Positions 57,599 to 64,000 of a DNA stretch of 64,000 nucleotides are shown here, piece after piece. Origin of the DNA: an uncultured Clostridia bacterium (lineage in GTDB: Bacteria > Bacillota > Clostridia > Christensenellales > Borkfalkiaceae); assembly GCA_944338165.1 (NCBI GenBank), contig CALVLN010000006.1:11446-75445 (forward strand), in the 5' to 3' direction. Under the pieces are notes generated by a model. It did not search any database and was not told where the DNA came from. It saw only the letters and a program-made list of their open reading frames with translations. The stretch's first letter is position 1. The number at the start of each line of letters is the position of its first letter. Both the position numbers and the translations under genes were made by a program.

Positions 57599-59779
57599 AT
57601 GGAGACCATCGTACAAATCCTTGCCCGCGAACTCGGCAAGAAGGAAGAACATGTCCAAAACGTCGTCACGCTGCTCGACGAGGGGAACACCGTCCCCTTC
57701 ATCGCCCGTTACCGCAAGGAAATGCACGGGACGATGGACGATCAGACCATCCGCTCGCTTGCCGACCGGCTGCAGTATCTGCGCAACCTGCAGGCGCGGC
57801 GGGAAGAGGTGAAAAAGTCCATCGAGGCGCAGGGGAAACTCACGGAGGAGCTGTCCGCTGCCATCGATAACGCGCAGACGCTCGCCGAGGTCGAGGATCT
57901 TTACCGCCCGTACAAGCAGAAGCGCCGCACCCGCGCCACCGTCGCGCGCGAGAAGGGGCTGGAGCCCCTGGCGGAGCTGCTGTATGCGCAGGCAGCCGAT
58001 TGCCCGGACCCGCGGAAGGCGGCGGAAGCGTACATAGACGAGGAGAAGGGCGTTGCAAGCGCGGAAGAAGCGCTTGCGGGGGCATCGGATATCGTCGCCG
58101 AACGCATCTCCGACGACGCGGACATCCGCAAGCGGCTGCGCGCGCTCTATCTGCGCCGCGCGGACATCGTATCGTCCGCCGTCAAGCGCGGACAGGAGGA
58201 CAGCGTCTACCGCATGTATTACGCCTTTGTGGCGCCCGTCTGCAAGGTACAGGGGCACCAGGTGCTCGCCATGAACCGCGGCGAGCGGGAGGAGCTGCTC
58301 AAAGTTTGGATCGAGATTGAGCGGGAGGAGGCGCTTTCGCTCATCCTGCGCTCGGTCGTCAAAAAGCCCGACTGTGCGTCCACATCGTTCGTGAAGGCCG
58401 CCGCGGAGGACGCGTACGATCGTCTGCTCGCGCCCTCCATGGAACGCGAGGTGCGCGCGCATCTCACCGAACAGGCGAGCGAAGGGGCGATCGGGCAGTT
58501 TGCGCTCAACTTGAAGCCGCTGCTCATGCAGCCGCCCGTCAAGGGCTTCGTCACCATGGGGCTGGACCCCGGATATCGCATGGGCTGTAAGGTCGCCGTG
58601 GTGGACGGCACGGGCAAGGTGCTGGATACCGCCGTCGTTTACCCCACGTACGGGGAGCGGCAGAAGCAGGAGTGCATCGAAAAGCTCGCCCATCTCATCA
58701 AAAAGCACGGCGTCAGGCACATCGCCATCGGCAACGGCACGGCAAGCCGCGAGACCGAGCAGATGACGGTGGAGCTGCTGCGCCGATTCAACGGGGAAGT
58801 GACGTATATGATCGTCAACGAGGCGGGGGCGTCCGTCTATTCCGCCTCCAAGCTCGCCGCGCAGGAATTCCCCGAGTACGACGTCAACCTGCGCTCGGCG
58901 GTGTCCATCGCGCGCAGGTTGCAGGATCCGCTCGCCGAGCTCGTCAAGATCGACCCCAAGAGCATCGGCGTCGGGCAATATCAGCACGACATGCCGCAGG
59001 CGCGCCTCGGCGAGGCGCTCGACGCCGTCGTCGAAGACTGCGTCAACGCGGTGGGGGTAGACGTCAACACGGCGTCCGTGCCGCTTTTAACGCGCGTCTC
59101 CGGGCTGAACGCGGGCACGGCGGCGAACATCGTGAAATACCGCGAGGAAAACGGGATCTTCCGCGACCGCGGGGAACTCATGAAAGTCCCCAAAGTCGGC
59201 GCCAAGGCATTTGAACAGAGCGCGGGCTTTCTGCGCGTGCCGGAAAGCGACAGGGTGCTCGACAACACCGCGGTGCACCCCGAATCGTACGCGGCGGCGG
59301 AGAAGCTGCTCTCGCTCTGCGGCTATACCATGGACGACGTGAAGGCGGGCAGACTCACACAGCTGAAGGCGCGCGTGCAGGCATACGGCACGGAGAAAGC
59401 GGCGCGGGAATGCGGCGTCGGCGTGCCCACGCTCACCGACGTCATCGCGGAGCTGTTAAAACCGGGCCGCGACCCGCGCGACGAGCTTCCCGCGCCCGTG
59501 CTGCGCACCGACGTGCTGGAGATCAAGGACTTAAAGCCGGGCATGGAGCTCAAGGGCACGGTGCGCAACGTCATCGATTTCGGCGCCTTTGTGGATATCG
59601 GCGTGCATCAGGACGGCCTTGTGCACATCAGCCAGATCTGCGACCGCTTCATCCGTCACCCGTCCGAGGTACTTTCGGTGGGGGACGTGGTCACCGTCTG
59701 GGTGAAGGAGGTGGACGAGAAGAAGAAGCGCATCTCGCTCACCATGCGCCGCGATAAACTCAACGAAACCAAAAACTGA
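57599..59779 (+). CDS. tex: Tex-like transcription accessory protein (S1 RNA-binding domain)
   Basis: NTVPFIARYRKEMHG, a YqgF-like domain, HhH, and a C-terminal S1 domain (GTVRNVIDFGAFVDIGVHQDGLVHIS). Confidence 0.93.
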   Translation: METIVQILARELGKKEEHVQNVVTLLDEGNTVPFIARYRKEMHGTMDDQTIRSLADRLQYLRNLQARREEVKKSIEAQGKLTEELSAAIDNAQTLAEVEDLYRPYKQKRRTRATVAREKGLEPLAELLYAQAADCPDPRKAAEAYIDEEKGVASAEEALAGASDIVAERISDDADIRKRLRALYLRRADIVSSAVKRGQEDSVYRMYYAFVAPVCKVQGHQVLAMNRGEREELLKVWIEIEREEALSLILRSVVKKPDCASTSFVKAAAEDAYDRLLAPSMEREVRAHLTEQASEGAIGQFALNLKPLLMQPPVKGFVTMGLDPGYRMGCKVAVVDGTGKVLDTAVVYPTYGERQKQECIEKLAHLIKKHGVRHIAIGNGTASRETEQMTVELLRRFNGEVTYMIVNEAGASVYSASKLAAQEFPEYDVNLRSAVSIARRLQDPLAELVKIDPKSIGVGQYQHDMPQARLGEALDAVVEDCVNAVGVDVNTASVPLLTRVSGLNAGTAANIVKYREENGIFRDRGELMKVPKVGAKAFEQSAGFLRVPESDRVLDNTAVHPESYAAAEKLLSLCGYTMDDVKAGRLTQLKARVQAYGTEKAARECGVGVPTLTDVIAELLKPGRDPRDELPAPVLRTDVLEIKDLKPGMELKGTVRNVIDFGAFVDIGVHQDGLVHISQICDRFIRHPSEVLSVGDVVTVWVKEVDEKKKRISLTMRRDKLNETKN

Positions 59780-59788
59780 GGGGATACC

Positions 59789-60148
59789 ATGGCTGAGGAT
59801 ACGAATGCCGCGCCGCGGCAAAAAAGACCGCTTTGTTCCAAAAATCTGATCGCGGCATGGGCGATGCTCGCGGTCGCCGCCGTCGCTTACGCGATCACGG
59901 CCGTCCTGTATATCGGGATGATGCAGGGCGCGCTCGAGACCGATCTTGAAGGCATCGACTTCGGGCTGCGCGCCTCGTTTTTCTCCTTTCTTTTCCAGAC
60001 GGCGCTCGCCGCGTTGGCGGCGGTGATCTCCGGGCTGGAGCTCGGCAGGGCAGGCGTGTCCCGCTGTGCGGCGGCGATCACGCTGTGCGGCGCGGTTGTA
60101 TTGCTGCTGCTGCCCTTCCCGACATACGCCCTCGCCATGCTCTTCTGA
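59789..60148 (+). CDS. small hypothetical membrane protein
   Basis: 119 aa with 3-4 hydrophobic helices. Lies 10 nt after tex. Confidence 0.5.
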   Translation: MAEDTNAAPRQKRPLCSKNLIAAWAMLAVAAVAYAITAVLYIGMMQGALETDLEGIDFGLRASFFSFLFQTALAALAAVISGLELGRAGVSRCAAAITLCGAVVLLLLPFPTYALAMLF

Positions 60149-60173
60149 GGGCGCAGATCCATATCCCGCAAAC

Positions 60174-60211
60174 AAAGCCCCCGCCTCGGATGTGCCGAGG
60201 CGGGGGCTTTT
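60174..60211. terminator. bidirectional intrinsic terminator
   Basis: AAAGCCCCCGCCTCGG-ATGTG-CCGAGGCGGGGGCTTT followed by T. Confidence 0.85.
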
Positions 60212-60233
60212 GCTTTGTTTGCCCGTTGCGCGC

Positions 60234-61340
60234 TTATCGCTTTTCGTAGACGATGATGGTGATGCTCACGCCGGTGCGTTCAAAGGTAAGTTCGCCGTTC
60301 CGATACGCCCCGCCGTTTGTCAAAGCTTCCCCGAGCTCGTAACTGTCGCCCGTGCCGTCGATGGCGGCGTATACGCTGTAGGTGTGCCCCTTGACGTATT
60401 CGATCGTAAGGGTGACTTTCCCGTCCGTCACCGTATAGCTGCCGGGCGCAAAGTTCTGGCGCTCCTCGGAGTCCAGATTGCTCGCATAGTCTTCATCCAC
60501 AAAATAGAAGTACAGCGTCTCCGTGTCCACGCCGTCCTGAAGGTCAAAGATCACGGTTTCCGTCCATGTTTCCGCTTCCTGCAGCGCGCCGTCTTCGGTG
60601 ACCGTGATCTTTACCAGCAGCGTCCCTTTGTAGGAGGAGACGTTGTCGCTCTGCACGTAGATCTCCAGCCACGTCGTGCCCGGACGGATCAGAGAGGAGT
60701 CGACGGAGAAGGAGGCGTCTCTGATCATGCCGCCGCTCTCGCTGCCCTCCTCAAAGTCGGTAATGGCTTCCTCAGGGATGACGTCCTGGTTGGAAGAGGC
60801 GACGTAGGAGCGGGAAGAAAGATGCGCCGTGTTCCCCCAGGTGAAGGAAAGGCTGAACGTCCAGACGTCCATAAGGGTGGTCCCGTTGGGCCCGCCCCAC
60901 ATCGTATCGTTGCCGCCGCCCGCGGAAAGGACGGTGGGGTTGGCCGCGTCAAAGGTGAGGCCGCCGTTTTGGGTGACCTGTTCGTACGCGCGCGCGAAAA
61001 TGACGATCTCCACCTCCTCGCCCGGCATGACGAAGGAATAGCTGCCGTCTACGATGGGGGAGATCGGGTCGGCGTCCGCCGCAGGCTCCATTACAGGCAG
61101 CACGCTCACGCTCACGAGTTCGCTGTTTTCGGGGTCGGTAAGCGTGACGGTGAACGTTATCGTCTCGTTCTGCTTTGCCTGTTCCGGCAGCCCGGATACC
61201 GTGTACAGCTCGCTCTCTGCGGGCGCCTGAATGGCGTACGTCTTCGGCGTCTCCTCCTCCGTGCCGCCGCAGGCGGCCAGCCCGAAGCAAGCGGCGGCGA
61301 GCATACCGGCCGCCAGGATCCCCGTTAAAATGCGTTTCAT
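60234..61340 (-). CDS. secreted lipoprotein of unknown function
   Basis: MKRILTGILAAGMLAAACFGLAAC lipobox. AAGGAGG lies 6 nt before the ATG at 61340. Confidence 0.7.
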   Translation of the reverse strand: MKRILTGILAAGMLAAACFGLAACGGTEEETPKTYAIQAPAESELYTVSGLPEQAKQNETITFTVTLTDPENSELVSVSVLPVMEPAADADPISPIVDGSYSFVMPGEEVEIVIFARAYEQVTQNGGLTFDAANPTVLSAGGGNDTMWGGPNGTTLMDVWTFSLSFTWGNTAHLSSRSYVASSNQDVIPEEAITDFEEGSESGGMIRDASFSVDSSLIRPGTTWLEIYVQSDNVSSYKGTLLVKITVTEDGALQEAETWTETVIFDLQDGVDTETLYFYFVDEDYASNLDSEERQNFAPGSYTVTDGKVTLTIEYVKGHTYSVYAAIDGTGDSYELGEALTNGGAYRNGELTFERTGVSITIIVYEKR

Positions 61341-61581
61341 AGAAAGCCTCCTTAAAAGCAAGATTTTGCCCCTCCGTGCGGGGCATCTATATTATAGCAT
61401 CACCTTGCAAAAAATGCAAGAATGCAAAAAAAAATGTTCCGCCGCGCCGGTCCGGCATGCCGACACAGTGTTTTTTGCGGGCAAAAACGACGGGAAAACG
61501 ATCAAAATTTGACTATAAATGCGTGTATTTTCCTATTTTTCTGATTATTTATCAAGATAGTAATCAATTTAAAAAATCATC

Positions 61582-61610
61582 TTGACAAAATCGCGCAAAT
61601 AGGATATCAT
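61582..61610 (+). promoter_or_regulatory. sigma-A-type promoter for the GH3-like gene
   Basis: TTGACA (61582-61587), 17 nt, TATCAT (61605-61610). AAAATCGCG is repeated at 61587 and 61611. Confidence 0.55.
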
Positions 61611-61669
61611 AAAATCGCGTTGGAAGAATTGCACAATTTTTGAAAAAACCGAACATTTAACGACGCAGC

Positions 61670-61707
61670 AAGAGGGGTACCCCTCTTCTGTTTGCACGTG
61701 CAAACAG
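61670..61707 (+). promoter_or_regulatory. two abutting perfect palindromes in the 5' leader (18 nt and 20 nt)
   Basis: AAGAGGGGTACCCCTCTT (61670-61687) and CTGTTTGCACGTGCAAACAG (61688-61707). Confidence 0.5.
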
Positions 61708-61794
61708 AAAAAACTTATCAGGGAACGGCACGGCGGTGAACGAAGGATAGCTGCCGTACGGAAATAAAAAATTTTCTGGAGGGAAAAGAACGAC

Positions 61795-64000
61795 ATGAAA
61801 CTCAAAAAGTTCACACCATTGTTCCGCGGTATCGCCGCGACAACGGCCACGCTTCTGACGTTGTCGTCCGTCGGCTACAGCATCGCGATGTCCAACATCG
61901 CGCAGGGCTGGGTGGACGGCTTCTTCGGCATCAATTCGCGTGACATTTGGGAAGAACGCGAAGTGGCGGGCGTCACGGAATTCACGAAGGACTACAAGAA
62001 CATCAAGGACTTCGCGGACGCGCTCGTCGAGCATGCCATCAAGCAGGGCGAAGAGGGCTTCGCGCTGATGAAGAACGACAACGCTGCACTTCCGCTTGCA
62101 AACGGCAGCAAAGTCGTACTCTTCGGCTGGAACGCCTACAACTGCCCGAAGGGCCACACGGGCGTCGTCGCCGGGAACGTTACGGGTCCCACCTTTGGAT
62201 GGGGTGGGCAGCCCACGGGCGAAAACGTCGCATATCGCAACCAGATCACGCTGGCAAGCGCCTTTGCGGAGATGGAGGGAATCACCCTGAACACTACGGT
62301 GACGAAAGATGATTTCCCCGGCGCGATGGCGAAAGCGCCCGGTTACAGCGATTACACCATTCCCGAACAGTTCGAAGCCAAGGCGACGTGGGATATCGAT
62401 CCCGAGTCCACGGCGATCGTGGTGGTCGGCCGTGGCGGCGGCGAAGGCGCCAACTACAAGGTGGACGCTGCGACCAACGCGGAAGATCCCCTCGCGCTCT
62501 CCGATGAAGAGCTGGAGATGATCAAATACGCGAAGGACAACTGCAAGAAGGTCGTCGTGCTCGTCGCATCCGCAAACGCGATGGAGCTCGGGCCCCTCGT
62601 CGAGAAGGACGGCGATTACGAAGCCGACGCCATCGGCTTCTGCGGCATCCCCAACGACTATCAGTACGGCGGCATCGCCAACGTGCTCGCGGGCAAGGCC
62701 AACGCCACCGGCGCCATGACCGATACGTACGTGTACGACAACAGCTATAACCCCGCCTCCATCAACATGGGCGAGCAGCAGTATTCGGACTACGAATCGA
62801 TCGGCTTCTCCTCCATCGACGAAGACCCCTTCAAGAGAGCCAACGTCAACAGAGAAACGGGCGAACAGACGCCGCTCACGGCGAACAACCTCAACGCGCC
62901 CTGGTACATCGTGCAGGCGGAAGGCATCTACGTCGGCTACAAGTATTACGAGACCCGTTATTACGACGGCATCGTCAACCCGAGCTACAACGCAAACGGT
63001 ACGGCGGGCTCTTCCACGGGCGGAGCATGGGATTATGCGAATGAAGTGATCTACACCTTCGGGCACGGCCTCTCCTACATCCCGTACACGCAGGAAGTGA
63101 CGAAGGTCGAAGTCGACCTTTCGGAGAACGGCAACATCACCGCGACCGTCAGCGTGCACAACGAAGGCACGGAGGACGGCTACTTCCTCGCGCAGCTGTA
63201 TGTTCAGAAGCCGTACACGGAGTACGACATCAACAACAAGGTGGAAAAATCCGCCATCGACTTCCTGAACTCCGCAAAGGTCGAAGTCAAGGCGGGTGGT
63301 ACGGAAGAGGTTACGATCACCGTTCCCACCAAGTATCTTGCCAGCTACGACTCCAACGGCGCGAAGACGTACATCCTCGACGAGGGTGACTACTACTTCA
63401 CGGCGGGGGCAGGCGCACACGAGGCGATCAACAACATCCTCGCAAAGCAGGGTCACGAGACGGACGGCACCACGGACGGTACCGGCAAGGCGGTCGTCTG
63501 GAACGAGCTCAAGCAGCGTGACACGACGTCGTTTGCCGAATCCAACGGCTACAAGGTCACCAACCAGGCGGACGACGCGGACATCAACTACTACCTGCCC
63601 GGCGAAGTGACCTACCTCACGAGAAGCAATTGGCAGGGTACCTTCCCCAAGAACTACACCAACTACACGAACGACAGCGGCATTGAATCCGAAGATCCGT
63701 TCACCATTGACGACAGCAGCAAGAAGGACGAATGGCTGACGGCGCTGCGCAACCTGCAGTACGTCCCCGCCACGGACGATCCCGTTGAGAACGTCGAGGG
63801 CATCATCCCCGACGAGGTCGGCGAAGGCAAGGACTATGCGACCGTATGGGAGTGGATCACAAGCTTCAAGCTCCGCCATCCCGAAGCGTTCGACGACATC
63901 AATTCCGACGAATGGAACGAGTTTGCCGCAGCACTCAACATCAACGAGGCCGTTGGCGCCATCCTTCACGGCGGCAACACCACCGACTCGCTCAGCGTGG
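61795..64000 (+). CDS. glycoside hydrolase family 3-like protein starting with the GH3 C-terminal-type domain plus an Fn3-like domain (partial; runs off the window end)
   Basis: Open-ended, so absent from the track. My translation: MKLKKFTPLFRGIAATTATLLTLSSVGYSIAM (signal/anchor) ...GFALMKNDNAALPLANGSKVVLFG...VVVGRGGGEG...GHGLSY...YVQKPY.... GGAGGG RBS. Confidence 0.8.
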   Translation, partial: MKLKKFTPLFRGIAATTATLLTLSSVGYSIAMSNIAQGWVDGFFGINSRDIWEEREVAGVTEFTKDYKNIKDFADALVEHAIKQGEEGFALMKNDNAALPLANGSKVVLFGWNAYNCPKGHTGVVAGNVTGPTFGWGGQPTGENVAYRNQITLASAFAEMEGITLNTTVTKDDFPGAMAKAPGYSDYTIPEQFEAKATWDIDPESTAIVVVGRGGGEGANYKVDAATNAEDPLALSDEELEMIKYAKDNCKKVVVLVASANAMELGPLVEKDGDYEADAIGFCGIPNDYQYGGIANVLAGKANATGAMTDTYVYDNSYNPASINMGEQQYSDYESIGFSSIDEDPFKRANVNRETGEQTPLTANNLNAPWYIVQAEGIYVGYKYYETRYYDGIVNPSYNANGTAGSSTGGAWDYANEVIYTFGHGLSYIPYTQEVTKVEVDLSENGNITATVSVHNEGTEDGYFLAQLYVQKPYTEYDINNKVEKSAIDFLNSAKVEVKAGGTEEVTITVPTKYLASYDSNGAKTYILDEGDYYFTAGAGAHEAINNILAKQGHETDGTTDGTGKAVVWNELKQRDTTSFAESNGYKVTNQADDADINYYLPGEVTYLTRSNWQGTFPKNYTNYTNDSGIESEDPFTIDDSSKKDEWLTALRNLQYVPATDDPVENVEGIIPDEVGEGKDYATVWEWITSFKLRHPEAFDDINSDEWNEFAAALNINEAVGAILHGGNTTDSLSV

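Noticed and set aside
61657-63969. 770-aa minus-strand ORF
   Set aside because: Antisense shadow of the open-ended GH3-like gene, whose plus-strand translation shows GH3/Fn3 motifs, a signal peptide and an RBS.

Overview
GC-rich chromosomal core region from a Bacillota (Clostridia-like) spore-former, judged from SpoVT, a DUF3794/LysM SipL-like protein, Veg and a PdaA-like deacetylase. I saw no CRISPR array, transposase, integrase, phage module, tRNA or rRNA. The left end holds the origin-proximal block yidC-yidD-rnpA-rpmH on the minus strand, but dnaN is inverted onto that strand. An AT-rich DnaA-box cluster with a DnaA-trio-like array sits between dnaN and rsmG. No dnaA or recF is present in the window. 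The rest is housekeeping: GTP-PEPCK; a T-box-controlled cysE-cysS followed by a short AlaRS-like gene; rplM-rpsI; comFC; glyQS; glnS; uvrB and uvrA split by a HAD-GNAT fusion gene; spoVT-yabM-mazG-dus; gyrBA; veg and the SipL-like gene; ispE; T-box-controlled pheST; tex; and a partial GH3-like gene at the right end. I found no clear novel multi-gene system. The points most worth a second look are the dnaA-less origin, three apparently leaderless genes (two sharing a near-identical promoter/start module), the 601-aa AlaRS lacking C-Ala, a perfect SOS-box-like palindrome on an expanded uvr cluster, a hairpin plus alternating CG tract in the gyrB leader, 21-bp-phased GGTAGA repeats, a double zinc-ribbon hyper-acidic protein, and a membrane protein followed by two paralogous wHTH-TM genes. 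Many long ORFs in the track are antisense shadows typical of GC-rich DNA and were rejected.
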